A stretch of DNA of 64,000 nucleotides, taken from the NCBI GenBank assembly GCA_963836205.1, contig CAWIIV010000006.1:224001-288000 (forward strand), in the 5' to 3' direction. Position numbers and translations under genes: made by a program. The notes beneath the pieces are model-generated. The model was not told the DNA's origin, searched no databases, and saw only the letters and a program-made list of their open reading frames with translations. Origin of the DNA: an uncultured Acidimicrobiia bacterium. GTDB taxonomy: Bacteria; Actinomycetota; Acidimicrobiia; Acidimicrobiales; AC-14. The first letter of the stretch is position 1, and every line of letters starts with the position of its first letter. Positions 1 to 10,579 of the stretch are shown in pieces.

Positions 1-364
1 GCTCGAGACGCGCGACCTGGCCGTGGAGCTGCCCTTCGAGGTGCGGTTCTCGGGGGGCGTGGGCGGCGGACCGGACGCGGGGCTGGCCTACGCTCTGGCC
101 ATCGCCGACCTCCTCTCCCCCCGCGACCTGGCCCAGGGCCGAACCATCGCCGCCACCGGCTCCGTCGACGCCGACGGCCACGTCGCCCCGGGGAACGGGA
201 CCGGTCCGGACGCTACGGGGCTGGCCGAGGCCGCCGCCCGCGCCGGCGCCGCCCGCCTGGTCGTGCCGGAGGGGCAGGCCGGCGGCGCCCGCGGGGACGG
301 GCCGGCGATGGAGGGGGTGGAGAGCCTGGCCCGGGCCCTGGAGGCCCTGTCGACCACGGTGTGA
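1..364 (+). CDS. Lon/S16-like protease C-terminal domain (YlbL/PDZ-Lon type), 5'-partial, catalytic dyad apparently lost
   Basis: GGPDAGLAYALAI and IAATGSVDADGHV match the S16 GPSAG and ATG-I-DG-V motifs; frame is open to the window edge. Confidence 0.7.
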   Translation, partial: LETRDLAVELPFEVRFSGGVGGGPDAGLAYALAIADLLSPRDLAQGRTIAATGSVDADGHVAPGNGTGPDATGLAEAAARAGAARLVVPEGQAGGARGDGPAMEGVESLARALEALSTTV

Positions 365-1797
365 CGTTCGGCCACGGCGTGGCCAGTGGCGATCCCCTGC
401 CCGACTCGGTGGTGCTGTGGACCCGCTCCCCGGGTGCGACCGAGGTCGAGTGGGTCGTCGCCCCCGACCCCGAGTTCCGCCAGGTCGTCGCCGCGGGCAC
501 CGCCACCACCGGCCCCGACGCCGATCACACGGTGAAGGTCGACGCCGGCGGGCTGGAGCCGGCGACCACCTACTGGTACCGGTTCTCGGCCGGCGGTGAG
601 ATGTCGCCCACCGGCCGCACCCGCACCGCGCCCGCACCGGGCGCCGCCGTCGACAGCCTCCGCCTGGGCCTGGTCTCGTGCGCGTCCTACGCCGCGGGCT
701 GGTTCCACGCCTACCGCAACCTGGCCCGGCGCGACCTCGACCTCGTCGTTCACGTGGGCGACTACCTCTACGAGAACGGCCGCCACTCGGGCGGCGGCCC
801 CCGCCGTCACCCGCCGGGCCGGGCCGTCACCCTCGACGGCTACCGCACCCGCCACGCCCTCTACAAGACCGACCCCGACCTCCAGGCACTCCACGCCCGC
901 CACCCGATGGCGGCCGTGTGGGACGACCACGAGCTGGCCGGGGGGGCGTGGTCGGGCGGCGCCGGCGAGCACAACCCCCGCCGCCACGGTGCGTGGGCGA
1001 CCCGCCTGGCGGCGGCCATCCGGGCCTACTGGGAGTGGATGCCCCTCCGGCAGCCCGACCCGGCCGTCCCCGACCGGATCTACCGCACGCTGCGGTGGGG
1101 CGACCTGGCCGACCTGGCCCTGCTCGACGCCCGCCTCATCGGGCGGGACGAGCCCGTCGGCCGGGGCAAGGGCGTGGTCGTCACCGTGTCCGACACCGGT
1201 CGCTCCATCCTGGGAGCCGCCCAGCGGGACTGGCTGGCGGCGGAGATGGCGTCGTCGACGGCCCGGTGGCGGCTGCTCGGCAACCAGGTGGTGCTGGCCC
1301 CGATCCCCCTGCTGGCCGGGCGCCTGCTCAACCCGGGCCAGTGGGACGGCTTCCCCGAGGAACGGGCGTGGCTCTACGGGGTGCTGGCCGCGGCCCGCGG
1401 CGACCGGGACGGCCATGGGCTCCCGGGCGGCAACGTCGCCGTCCTCAGCGGCGACATCCACTCGTCGTGGGCCAACGACCTTCCCGTCGGCGCCGAGTTC
1501 GTGTGCCCCTCGGTGTCGTCGCCCAGCTTCTCCGCCATCCTCGTCCCCGGGGGGCGGCTGGGCGCGGCCGCGGGCGCCCGCCTGTTCCGGTGGCAGAACC
1601 CCCGCGTCCGCATGGTCGAGCTCACCCGACACGGGTACGTGGTGGTCGACGTGACGCGGGAGCGGATACAGGGCGACTGGTGGCACCTCGACACGGTGAC
1701 CGCCCCGTCGCCGGCCGAGTCCTTCGCCGGCGGCTGGCAGCTGCACTGGGACCGGCCCGGGCTGGTGCCCGTCGACACCCCGGTGGGGCCCCGGTAG
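361..1797 (+). CDS. phoD: Alkaline phosphatase D family protein
   Basis: FGHGVASGDP, HVGDYLYE, WDDHE, WDGF and SGDIH motifs; GTGA overlap with upstream gene. Confidence 0.9.
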   Translation: MTFGHGVASGDPLPDSVVLWTRSPGATEVEWVVAPDPEFRQVVAAGTATTGPDADHTVKVDAGGLEPATTYWYRFSAGGEMSPTGRTRTAPAPGAAVDSLRLGLVSCASYAAGWFHAYRNLARRDLDLVVHVGDYLYENGRHSGGGPRRHPPGRAVTLDGYRTRHALYKTDPDLQALHARHPMAAVWDDHELAGGAWSGGAGEHNPRRHGAWATRLAAAIRAYWEWMPLRQPDPAVPDRIYRTLRWGDLADLALLDARLIGRDEPVGRGKGVVVTVSDTGRSILGAAQRDWLAAEMASSTARWRLLGNQVVLAPIPLLAGRLLNPGQWDGFPEERAWLYGVLAAARGDRDGHGLPGGNVAVLSGDIHSSWANDLPVGAEFVCPSVSSPSFSAILVPGGRLGAAAGARLFRWQNPRVRMVELTRHGYVVVDVTRERIQGDWWHLDTVTAPSPAESFAGGWQLHWDRPGLVPVDTPVGPR

Positions 1798-1799
1798 AG

Positions 1800-2999
1800 C
1801 TAACCGGCGGAGGCGAGGAGCTTGCCCAGGCGGGTGAGGCCCTCCTCCAGGGCGTCGTCGCCCAGGGCGTACGACAGGCGGGCGTAGCCGGGGGCGCCGA
1901 ACGCCTCCCCGGGGACGATTGCCACCTTGGCCACGTCGAGCACCACACCGGCCAGCTCCAGCGTGGAGTCGACCCGCCGGCCGCCGATCTCCTTGCCCAG
2001 GACGCCGGCGAAGGACGGGAAGGCGTAGAACGCCCCCTGCGGCTCCAGGACGGTCACGCCGGCCATGGCCGAGAGCATCTCGAACATCTTCCGCCGCCGG
2101 CGGTCGAAGGCCTCCCGCATGGCGGCCATGGGACCCATGTCGCCGGTGAGGGCGGCCACCGCCGCCATCTGGGACACGTTGGCCACGTTGGACGTGGCGT
2201 GGGACTGGAGGTTGACCGCGCCCGCGATCACGTCCTTGGGGCCGATCATCCACCCCACCCGCCAGCCGGTCATGGCGAACGTCTTGGCCACCCCGTTGAT
2301 CACCACGCTGCGGTCGGCCAGCTCCGGCACCACCGCGGGCATGGAGGAGAACGTGTTGTCGCCGTAGACGAGGTGCTCGTAGATCTCGTCGGTGACCACC
2401 CACAGGCCCTTCTCCGCCGCCCACCGGCCCAGCTCGGCGGTCTGCTCAGGCGTGTAGACGGCGCCGGTGGGGTTCGACGGCGACACGAACAGCAACACCT
2501 TGGTGCGCTCGGTGGTGACCGCCTCCAGGGCCTCGACGGTGGCCCGGAACCCGGTGGTCTCGTCGGTGGGCACCACCACCGGCACGCCCCCGGCCAGGCG
2601 GATGGCCTCGGGGTAGGTCACCCAGTAGGGCGCGGGCATGAGGACCTCGTCGCCCGGGTCGAGGAGGGCGGCGAAGGTGTTGTAGACCGCCTGCTTGGCC
2701 CCGTTGGTGATCAGGACCTGGGCCGCGGTGGTGGGGTACCCCGAGTCGCGGGTGGTCTTGGCCGCCACCGCCTCCCGCAGCTCGGGCAGGCCCGCGGCGG
2801 GCGTGTAGCGGTGGTTGCGGGGCACCCGGCAGGCGGCCATGGCCGCCTCCACGATGTGGTCGGGCGTGGGAAAGTCGGGCTCACCGGCCCCGAAGCCGAT
2901 GACGTCCTCGCCGGCCGCCTTGAGGGCCTTGGCCTTGGCGTCGACGGCCAGGGTGGCGGATTCTTCGATGGATGCAATACGGGCGGATACACGGGCCAT
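1800..2999 (-). CDS. PLP-dependent class I aminotransferase (aspartate aminotransferase-like)
   Basis: [30 protein letters not shown]. Confidence 0.92.
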   Translation of the reverse strand: MARVSARIASIEESATLAVDAKAKALKAAGEDVIGFGAGEPDFPTPDHIVEAAMAACRVPRNHRYTPAAGLPELREAVAAKTTRDSGYPTTAAQVLITNGAKQAVYNTFAALLDPGDEVLMPAPYWVTYPEAIRLAGGVPVVVPTDETTGFRATVEALEAVTTERTKVLLFVSPSNPTGAVYTPEQTAELGRWAAEKGLWVVTDEIYEHLVYGDNTFSSMPAVVPELADRSVVINGVAKTFAMTGWRVGWMIGPKDVIAGAVNLQSHATSNVANVSQMAAVAALTGDMGPMAAMREAFDRRRRKMFEMLSAMAGVTVLEPQGAFYAFPSFAGVLGKEIGGRRVDSTLELAGVVLDVAKVAIVPGEAFGAPGYARLSYALGDDALEEGLTRLGKLLASAG

Positions 3000-3018
3000 G
3001 TCTGTAAGAGTTGCACAG

Positions 3019-4158
3019 GTGATCGCACCCCCCGTTCCGGATATCCGCCTGCCCCCCGATCTGCGCCCCTCCGACGGGCGTTTCGGCAGCGGGCCGTCGA
3101 AGGTCCGCCCGGCAGCCGTGGAGGCCCTGGCCGCCGCCGCGTCCGGCTATCTCGGCACCAGCCACCGGGCCAAGACCGTCCGCACGATGGTGGGGCGGCT
3201 CCGATCCGGGCTCTCCGACCTCTTCCGCCTTCCCGACGGCTACGAGGTGGCGCTGGGCAACGGCGGGGCGGCCTTGTTCTGGGACATGGCCACCTTCGGC
3301 CTGATCGAGCGGCGCAGCCAGCACCTCACGTTCGGGCAGTTCTCGGCCTCGTTCGCGGCCGCGGCCAGGGCGGCCCCCTTCCTCGACGACCCCGACGTGA
3401 TCGAGTCGGCGCCCGGCACCCACCCGCTCCCCCAGCCCAACCCGGCCGTCGACGCCTACGCCCTCACCCACAACGAGACGTCGACCGGGGTGGCCATGCC
3501 CGTGGTCCGGCCCGCCGGCGACGGGCTCGTCCTGGTCGACGCCACGTCGGCCGCGGGCGGGATGCGGGTCGACCCGGCCGAGTTCGACGCCTACTACTTC
3601 GCCCCCCAGAAGTGCTTCGCCGCCGACGGGGGCCTGTGGCTGGCCCTGCTCTCCCCGGCCGCGGTCGAGCGGGTGGAGCGAGTGAGGGCCGGGGGCCGGT
3701 GGACTCCCGCCCTCCTCGACCTGGGCCTGGCCCTCGAGAACTCCCGCCTCGACCAGACCTACAACACACCCGGGCTGGCCACCATCTTTCTCATGGCCGA
3801 GCAGGTGGAGTGGATGCTCGCCGGCGGGGGACTCGATTGGGCCGCGGCCCGTTCGGAGTCCTCGGCCGCGGTTCTGTACAACTGGGCGGACGAGTCCTAC
3901 TACGCCAGCCCGTTCGTGGCCGACCCCGCCCAGCGCAGCCCGGTGGTGGGCACCGTCGACCTCGACGCCTCGGTCGACGCCAACCTGGTCTCCGCCGTCC
4001 TGCGGGCCAACGGCGTCGTCGACACCGAGTCCTACCGCCGCCTGGGTCGCAACCAGCTCCGCATCGCCATGTACCCGGCGGTGGAGGCGTCCGACGTCGC
4101 CATCCTCACCCGGGCGGTCGACCACGTGGTGGGCGAACTGCTCACACACTCCTCATAG
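3019..4158 (+). CDS. serC: Phosphoserine aminotransferase (actinobacterial type)
   Basis: [42 protein letters not shown]; start set at GTG 3019. Confidence 0.92.
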   Translation: MIAPPVPDIRLPPDLRPSDGRFGSGPSKVRPAAVEALAAAASGYLGTSHRAKTVRTMVGRLRSGLSDLFRLPDGYEVALGNGGAALFWDMATFGLIERRSQHLTFGQFSASFAAAARAAPFLDDPDVIESAPGTHPLPQPNPAVDAYALTHNETSTGVAMPVVRPAGDGLVLVDATSAAGGMRVDPAEFDAYYFAPQKCFAADGGLWLALLSPAAVERVERVRAGGRWTPALLDLGLALENSRLDQTYNTPGLATIFLMAEQVEWMLAGGGLDWAAARSESSAAVLYNWADESYYASPFVADPAQRSPVVGTVDLDASVDANLVSAVLRANGVVDTESYRRLGRNQLRIAMYPAVEASDVAILTRAVDHVVGELLTHSS

Positions 4159-4200
4159 TCCGGTGGTCGGCCGATCACGCCGGGCGCCGACAGTGGGGGC

Positions 4201-4680
4201 ATGCGAATGAGACGAATCCTCGGAGTGGCAGTCGGAGCGGTGGTCGTGGTGGCCGGCGCGGGCACGGTGGCCTGGGCCGGGCCGGGGCGGGGCGATCCCG
4301 TCCTACGGGAGGCGGCCAAGGCGTGCGTGGCGGAGGCGAAGGCGGCCAACCCCGACGCCGACCGGGCCACCATCCGGCAGGCGGCCACGCCGTGCCTGGA
4401 GGCGGCCGGGATCGACGTGCGCGACCTCACGCCCGAGCAGGAGGCCCGCCGCCAGGCCCTGCGGGAGTGCGTCAAGGCGGCCCGTGACGGCAATCCCGAC
4501 GCCGAGCGTCCCGCGCTGCGGGAGGCGGTCAGGGCCTGCCTGGGCGAGGCCGGCATCGAACCGGGCGCCGCCCGCGAGCGCCTGCGCCGGTGCCTGGCCG
4601 ATGCCCGGGCCGCCAACCCCGACGCCGACCGCCCCGCCCTCCGCCCGATGGTGCGGGAATGCATGGCCCAGGGCGGGTAG
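4201..4680 (+). CDS. Secreted protein with three Cys-paired helical repeats
   Basis: Signal peptide ending AWA; repeats of C-x5-xxxNPDA(D/E)R-x9-C. Confidence 0.7.
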   Translation: MRMRRILGVAVGAVVVVAGAGTVAWAGPGRGDPVLREAAKACVAEAKAANPDADRATIRQAATPCLEAAGIDVRDLTPEQEARRQALRECVKAARDGNPDAERPALREAVRACLGEAGIEPGAARERLRRCLADARAANPDADRPALRPMVRECMAQGG

Positions 4681-4722
4681 CGGGTCCTTCAGTTTGGTCG
4701 CCGTTCCGCCGATGACGGAACG

Positions 4723-5244
4723 GTGGAACTCCACCCGGCCACCGACCTGGCCGCTCTCTACCGGGAGTTGCAGCCGGGTCTGTTGCGGTACCTGCGGGCG
4801 GTGGCGCCGGCGACGGCCGAGGACCTGGCCGCCGACGTGTGGGTGGAGGTGGCCGCCGCCGCCCACCGCTTCCAGGGTGACCAGGCCGCCTTCCGGGGTT
4901 GGCTCTACACCATCGCCCGCCGGCGGGTGATCGACGGCCAGCGCCGGGCCGGGCGCCGCCGCACCGACCCCGTCGCCTGCGACCGGCTGGCCGGCTACTC
5001 CGGCTGCGACCGGCCCGAGGACCTCGTCGTCGACCGGGCCAACACCGAGGCCGCCATCGCCTACGTCGTCGCCATCCTGTCGCCCGACCAGGCCGAGGTC
5101 GTCCTCCTGCGGGTGGTCGGGGGCATGCGGGTGTCCCAGGTGGCCGAACTGCTGGGCAAGCGCCCAGGCACCGTCCGTGTCCTCCAGCACCGCGGCCTGC
5201 GCCGCCTGGCCGACCACGGCGCCCGGGAGTCGATGACGGCCTGA
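4723..5244 (+). CDS. ECF sigma-70 factor
   Basis: AEDLAADVW, FRGWLYTIARRR (region 2); VAELLGKRPGTVRVLQHRGLRRL (region 4). Confidence 0.9.
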   Translation: MELHPATDLAALYRELQPGLLRYLRAVAPATAEDLAADVWVEVAAAAHRFQGDQAAFRGWLYTIARRRVIDGQRRAGRRRTDPVACDRLAGYSGCDRPEDLVVDRANTEAAIAYVVAILSPDQAEVVLLRVVGGMRVSQVAELLGKRPGTVRVLQHRGLRRLADHGARESMTA

Positions 5245-5412
5245 GCCGGCGAGGCGGGGCCGAGGCCGTAACGCCCGCCGCCCCTCGCACGATTGCCCTC
5301 GTAGACCCGGCGCCGCCGGCTCGCTCGACGGCCACGCCGTCGGCCCGTCCTGCGCAGCCAGGTCTACCCGGGGGGGCCGCAGGCCTGTCCCCAGGAACGC
5401 TGCCGGGGAGGA

Positions 5413-6438
5413 TCAGCCTCCGGACACGTCCTGGGGACGGGCCTTGCCGGCGGAGATCCACGGCATCATGCTGCGCAGCTCGGCCCCGACCTTCTCGATG
5501 GGGTGCTCCTTGCCCTTGGCCCGCAGCTCGTTGAACTTGGGCCGGCCGGCCTTGTTCTCCGCGATCCACTCCGCCGCGAAGCGCCCGTCCTGGATCTCGT
5601 CGAGGATGCGGCGCATCTCGGCCCGCACTTCCTGGTTGATGATCCGGGGCCCGCGGGTGAGGTCGCCGTACTCGGCCGTGTCGGAGATGGAGAAGCGCAT
5701 GCCGGCGATGCCCTGCTCGTACATGAGGTCGACGATGAGCTTGACCTCGTGGAGGCACTCGAAATAGGCCGATTCGGGCTGGTAGCCGGCGTCGACCAGC
5801 GTCTCGAACCCGGCCATGACCAGCTCGGTGAGGCCCCCGCACAGCACGACCTGCTCGCCGAAGAGGTCGGTCTCCGTCTCCTCCTCGAACGTGGTCTCCA
5901 GCACGCCCGCCCGGGTCGCCCCCAGGGCGTGGGCGTACGAAAGGGCCAGCGCCTTGGCCTTGCCCGACGCGTCCTGGGAGACGGCGATGAGCGACGGCGT
6001 CCCCCCGCCCGACTCGAACGTGCGCCGCACCAGGTGGCCGGGGCCCTTGGGCGCCACCATGGCCACGTCGATGCCCGGACCGGGGTTGATCAGCCCGAAG
6101 CGGATGTTGAGCCCGTGGGCGAAGAACAGGGCGTCGCCGTCGCCCAGGTTGGGGGCGATCTCCGACTCGTACACCGCCGCCTGCTCGGTGTCGGGGAGCA
6201 GGATCATGACCAGGTCGGCCTCGGACGCGGCCTGGGCGATGGTGGTGACCTTCAGCCCGGCCGCCTCCGCCTTGGCCCACGAGCCCGACCCCTCGCGCAG
6301 GCCGACGCGCACGTCGACCCCCGAGTCCATGAGGTTGAGGGCGTGGGCGTGGCCCTGGGACCCGTAGCCGATCACGGCCACCTTGCGACTGCCGATGAGG
6401 CCGGCGTCGGCATCCTTCTCGTAATAGACGTTGGCCAT
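5413..6438 (-). CDS. ilvC: Ketol-acid reductoisomerase
   Basis: [34 protein letters not shown]. Confidence 0.97.
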   Translation of the reverse strand: MANVYYEKDADAGLIGSRKVAVIGYGSQGHAHALNLMDSGVDVRVGLREGSGSWAKAEAAGLKVTTIAQAASEADLVMILLPDTEQAAVYESEIAPNLGDGDALFFAHGLNIRFGLINPGPGIDVAMVAPKGPGHLVRRTFESGGGTPSLIAVSQDASGKAKALALSYAHALGATRAGVLETTFEEETETDLFGEQVVLCGGLTELVMAGFETLVDAGYQPESAYFECLHEVKLIVDLMYEQGIAGMRFSISDTAEYGDLTRGPRIINQEVRAEMRRILDEIQDGRFAAEWIAENKAGRPKFNELRAKGKEHPIEKVGAELRSMMPWISAGKARPQDVSGG

Positions 6439-6486
6439 CGGAAGTCCTCCTGGGGTCGTTGGAAAAACGGTACCCGGCGGGCGGCT

Positions 6487-7015
6487 TCAGCCGGCGCGGC
6501 GCAAGCCGGGTGGGGTGGGGCTGGCGCTCCAGCCGGGGCAGTGCGACCCGCCCGGTGCGCTGGAGCTGGGTGATGCCGATGCCCCGCATGAGGTCCTCGA
6601 AGTCGTCGAGCTTCGAGGGCGGACCGGCCAGGACCACCGTGACGGCATCGGTGCCCACGTCGATGATGCGGCCCTCGAAGACCTGCACCAGCTCGATGAC
6701 CTGGCCCCGCCCCGCGCCCTCGGCCTTGACCGTGACCATCATCAGCTCCCGCTCCACCGCGTCGGCGGGGTCGAGCTCGCTGATCTTGACCACGTTGATG
6801 AGCTTGAAGAGCTGCTTGGTGATCTGCTCGAGGGGGGTGGACTCCACGTCGACCACGATCGTGATGCGGCTGAAGCGCTCGTCGTCGGTGGGGGCCACGG
6901 CCAGCGAATAGATGTTGAACCCCCGCCGGGCGAACAGGCCGGCGACGCGGGCGAGCACACCGGCCTTGTTCTCCACCAGCACGGTGAGGATGTGGTGTTT
7001 CGACGTCGAGCTCAT
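6487..7015 (-). CDS. ilvN: Acetolactate synthase small subunit, apparent 1-nt indel near 3' end
   Basis: ENKAGVLARVAGLFARRGFNI ACT domain; frame reads through, removing one base near 6505-6520 gives stop at 6487-6489. Confidence 0.9.
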
Positions 7016-7117
7016 CGGCGGGGCCCTTTCGGTTCATGCGCTCGTAGCGGGGTGAACTCGCCCGAAAATGCCCATGGCACCCCGCCCCGGATGCGGCAAA
7101 CCGGCAACGAGTCCATG

Positions 7118-8860
7118 TCAGTGACCCCCTGGGCCGAATTCGGGGCCCAGGATGATGTCGTCGTTCGACGTCCCGGCCGCGACCATCGGGTACACCTTCT
7201 CGTCGGAGTCGCAGCGGAAGTCGATCACCACCGGCCGGTCGTCGATCGAGTTGGCCTTCTCGATCGTCGCCACCACGTCGTCGGGATGTTCCACCCGGAA
7301 GGCGATGCAGCCCATGGCCTCGGCCCACATCTTGTAGTCGGGGAGGTCGGGCGACAGGTAGACCTCGCTGTAGCGCTCCTCGTAGAACAGCTCCTGCCAC
7401 TGTCGGACCATGCCCAGGTAGGCGTTGTTGAGGATGGCGACCTTGATGGGGATGCGCTCGGCCGAGGCCGTGACCAGCTCCTGGGCCGTCATCTGGAAGC
7501 AGCCGTCGCCGTCGATGGCCCACACCGTGCGCCCGGGCATGCCCACCTTGGCCCCCACCGCAGCCGGCACCGCGAAGCCCATGGTGCCGAGGCCGCCCGA
7601 GTTCACCCACGTGTAGGGGTGGTCGAACTTCCACAGCTGGCTCGACCACATCTGGTGCTGGCCGACGCCGGACACGACGATGGTGTCGTCGGGCGAGTTG
7701 GCGCACAGCGACTCGACGCAGAACTGGGGCTTGAGCTTGTCGCCCTCCTCCCAGCCCTGCTCGTAGCGCAGGGGGTACGTCTCCCGCCAGGAGCGGAGGG
7801 TGTCGTTCCACTCGGTGCGGTCGGGCTGGGCCTCGGCCCCGCCCAGGTCGCGCACGGCCCGGATCAGCTCCTCGATGACCAGCCGACAGTCGCCCACGAT
7901 GGGGACGTCGGGCCGGCGGACCTTGCCCAGCTCGGCGGGGTCGATGTCGACGTGGATGATCTTGGCGTCGGGGGCGAAGGCGGACACCTTGCCCGTGACC
8001 CGGTCGTCGAACCTCGAACCCAGGGCGATGAGCAGGTCGGCCTTCTGCATCGACGTGACGGCCGTGTAGTTGCCGTGCATGCCGGGCATGCCCAGGCACA
8101 GGGGGTGGGAGTCAGGGAACGCGCCCCGGGCCATGAGGGTGGTGACGACGTGGATCCCGGTGAGCTCGGCCAGCTCCCGCAGGGCCTCGGCGGCCCGGGC
8201 CTTGAGGATGCCGCCGCCGGCGTAGATGACAGGCCGGCGGGACTCGCCGATGAGGCGGGCCGCCTCCCGGATCATCTTGGGGTGGCCCTTGGTGGTGGGC
8301 TTGTAGCCGGGCAGGTCGATGGAGTCGGGCCAGTACCACTCCATGGCCGAGTTGGGGTGACGGGGGTCGACGATGTCCTTGGGGATGTCGACCAGCACCG
8401 GGCCGGGACGGCCGGTGGTGGCGATGTGGAAGGCCTCGTGGATGACCCGGGGGATGTCCTGGGCCGACGTGATCAGCTCGTTGTGCTTGGTGACCGACCG
8501 GGTGATCCCGATGGTGTCGCACTCCTGGAAGGCGTCGGTGCCGATGGCCATCGAGGGCACCTGGCCGGTGATGACGACGATCGGGATCGAGTCCATCAGG
8601 GCGTCGGCGAGGGGGGTGACGATGTTGGTGGCCCCCGGCCCGCTGGTGACCATGGCCACGCCCGGGCGCCCGGTGGCGTGGGCATAGCCCTCGGCCATGT
8701 GCCCCGCGCCCTGCTCGTGGCGGACGAGGATGTGACGGATGGGCGAGTCGATGATGGGGTCGTACACGGGCAGGATGGCCCCGCCCGGGAGGCCGAACAT
8801 GACCTCCACCCCTTCCATCTCCAGGCTCTTGATGAGGGCTTGCCCCCCGTTCAGCTTCAT
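7118..8860 (-). CDS. ilvB: Acetolactate synthase large subunit
   Basis: [32 protein letters not shown]. Confidence 0.97.
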   Translation of the reverse strand: MKLNGGQALIKSLEMEGVEVMFGLPGGAILPVYDPIIDSPIRHILVRHEQGAGHMAEGYAHATGRPGVAMVTSGPGATNIVTPLADALMDSIPIVVITGQVPSMAIGTDAFQECDTIGITRSVTKHNELITSAQDIPRVIHEAFHIATTGRPGPVLVDIPKDIVDPRHPNSAMEWYWPDSIDLPGYKPTTKGHPKMIREAARLIGESRRPVIYAGGGILKARAAEALRELAELTGIHVVTTLMARGAFPDSHPLCLGMPGMHGNYTAVTSMQKADLLIALGSRFDDRVTGKVSAFAPDAKIIHVDIDPAELGKVRRPDVPIVGDCRLVIEELIRAVRDLGGAEAQPDRTEWNDTLRSWRETYPLRYEQGWEEGDKLKPQFCVESLCANSPDDTIVVSGVGQHQMWSSQLWKFDHPYTWVNSGGLGTMGFAVPAAVGAKVGMPGRTVWAIDGDGCFQMTAQELVTASAERIPIKVAILNNAYLGMVRQWQELFYEERYSEVYLSPDLPDYKMWAEAMGCIAFRVEHPDDVVATIEKANSIDDRPVVIDFRCDSDEKVYPMVAAGTSNDDIILGPEFGPGGH

Positions 8861-8887
8861 GGTCCGCTCCCGATAAATGTGGCTGAC

Positions 8888-8917
8888 AAAGAAAACGACC
8901 CCCCGTCTGGGAGGCCG
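8888..8917 (-). terminator. Attenuator terminator hairpin upstream of ilvB
   Basis: CGGCCTCCC-AGAC-GGGGGGTCG stem followed by TTTTCTTT on minus strand. Confidence 0.8.
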
Positions 8918-8947
8918 TGAGGCGCACGCGCGAGGTGACGGCGTGCG

Positions 8948-8983
8948 CTAATCGATACGTACGAGTCCGGTGGAGGAGATCAT
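8948..8983 (-). CDS. ilvB leader peptide MISSTGLVRID
   Basis: 11-codon ORF with Ile, Leu, Val codons between promoter and terminator. Confidence 0.75.
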   Translation of the reverse strand: MISSTGLVRID

Positions 8984-8991
8984 CCGCCCGG

Positions 8992-9021
8992 AGTGTAGGC
9001 GGGCCGGGCGCCGGCCTGCAA
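8992..9021 (-). promoter_or_regulatory. SigA-type promoter of ilv leader
   Basis: TTGCAG-18 nt-TACACT, 8 nt upstream of leader ATG. Confidence 0.65.
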
Positions 9022-9030
9022 CACAACATA

Positions 9031-9060
9031 AGAGGCCGACCGGCGAACCGGTCGGCCTCT
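9031..9060 (-). terminator. Intrinsic terminator hairpin
   Basis: Perfect 13-bp stem AGAGGCCGACCGG/CCGGTCGGCCTCT, TTCG loop on minus strand, T-rich tail. Confidence 0.8.
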
Positions 9061-9083
9061 CCAGAGATGTCAGCGGACGGTGG

Positions 9084-10460
9084 CTACCAGCGGACGACGG
9101 TGTCCCACTCGGTGGAGGACACGCCGCCGATGACCCGGACCGGCGACAGCCGGCGGCGGGCGGTGATCAGCAGGCCCATCCCCGCCAGCACCAGGGCGGT
9201 GGCGACCAGGGCCAGGCCGGACTCGAAGCCGGTGCGGGCCAGGGTGCCGGTCTGCACCGCGGGGGTGACGACGATCGGCGTGGGGATCGACGGGACCACG
9301 ATCGGGCCACCGGTGATCGGGTTGCGGATGAAGGGCTGGTTGCCGCTTCCGCCGCCACCGCCGGTGGGAACCTCACCGCAGAACTGGTTGACGGTGGTGC
9401 TCGACTGGTTGCCGGAGGCGTTGGCGGCCCCGGTGTTGATGGTGGCGGTGCCGGTGGAGTTGTTGGTGGGGCTGCCCAGGTTGACGTTGAGGCCGATGAG
9501 GCCGCCGGAAGCCGTCTGGTTGATCGTCTGGGTGTTGGTGGAGTTGTTGCCGATGGCGGTGTTGTTGCCGCTGGAGGCGACCGCGTTGCCCGAGTTGTCG
9601 ACGGAGGCGCTCTGCCCGCTGGGGCTGTTGAGGAACGGGTTGAACGGGAAGAACCGGCCGCTACAGGGGTCGAAGGAGCTTCCGAAGCCGCTCACCGTGC
9701 CCGGGAAGGTGCCGGGGAGGAACGGGGTGGCGTTGATGAACCCGGCGGGAGCGCCGCCGGCCCCGCTGCCGAACCCACCGCTGCCGAACCCGCCGTTGTT
9801 GGCGACCTTGGCCTGGTTGACGCCGTTGGTGGCCGTGTTGCCCACCGCGTTGGCCGGCCCGGTGGTGATGGCGGCGGTGCCGGTGGAGGTGTTGACCGGA
9901 GCGCCCAGGGCGACGACGGCGTCGACTGCGCCTTCACCGTCGGGTCCGCCGATGGAGTTGGTGGAGTTGTTGCCGGTGGCGGTGTTGCTGCCGGTGGTGG
10001 CCGCGGCCAGGCCGTCGTTGTTGACGGTGGCCGACTGGTTGCTCGGCGTGCCCCCGCCGAAGGGGCTGAAGGGCGTGAAGGTGGGGGTGCCCGAGCCGGT
10101 GGTGGCCTGGTTGACACCCGTCTGCGACTCGTTGCCGCTGGCGTTGGCCGCGCCGGTGTTGATGGTGGCGGTGCCGGTGGAGGTGTTGGTGGGTGAGCCG
10201 AGGCCGACGTCGGCGTCGACCAGGCCGCCGGTGGTGGCGCCCGGGCTCCCGATGGAGTTGGTGGACGCGTTGCCGGTGGCGGTGTTGTTGCCCGAACTGG
10301 CGATGCCCGAGCCGCTGTTCCCGATGCTGACGCTGGCCAGCTGGCCGATGGCCAGGGGAGCGCGCGCCACGCTGAAGAGCGCCAAACCAGAGACAACCGC
10401 GAGCGAGCCCGCGATCGTTCGCGTCCTCCCCCGGTTCCCCAACCTCTGGACGTGCCTCAT
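9084..10460 (-). CDS. Secreted Asn/Thr/Gly/Ser-rich three-repeat protein with LARTG sorting signal
   Basis: Signal-like N-terminus, three imperfect repeats, LARTG + hydrophobic helix + RRR. Confidence 0.8.
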   Translation of the reverse strand: MRHVQRLGNRGRTRTIAGSLAVVSGLALFSVARAPLAIGQLASVSIGNSGSGIASSGNNTATGNASTNSIGSPGATTGGLVDADVGLGSPTNTSTGTATINTGAANASGNESQTGVNQATTGSGTPTFTPFSPFGGGTPSNQSATVNNDGLAAATTGSNTATGNNSTNSIGGPDGEGAVDAVVALGAPVNTSTGTAAITTGPANAVGNTATNGVNQAKVANNGGFGSGGFGSGAGGAPAGFINATPFLPGTFPGTVSGFGSSFDPCSGRFFPFNPFLNSPSGQSASVDNSGNAVASSGNNTAIGNNSTNTQTINQTASGGLIGLNVNLGSPTNNSTGTATINTGAANASGNQSSTTVNQFCGEVPTGGGGGSGNQPFIRNPITGGPIVVPSIPTPIVVTPAVQTGTLARTGFESGLALVATALVLAGMGLLITARRRLSPVRVIGGVSSTEWDTVVRW

Positions 10461-10579
10461 AACGCAATCTCCCCGCTCTACGGTGGGCAGCAGTCTCTCC
10501 CACGGGAGTCTACAGAAGCAAGCTTCTCCCCCGCTGCACGACGTTAACCTCGGGCCACTTCCGGTCCTCGGAGGCCGGA

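Noticed and set aside
678-4487. Very long alternative-frame ORFs (also 6431-8920, 39825-42578, 55948-58761 and others)
   Set aside because: Shadow or antisense ORFs expected at this GC; they overlap recognisable genes and lack motifs
4529-7015. 828-aa IlvN fusion protein
   Set aside because: Read-through from a 3' indel into off-frame ilvC sequence
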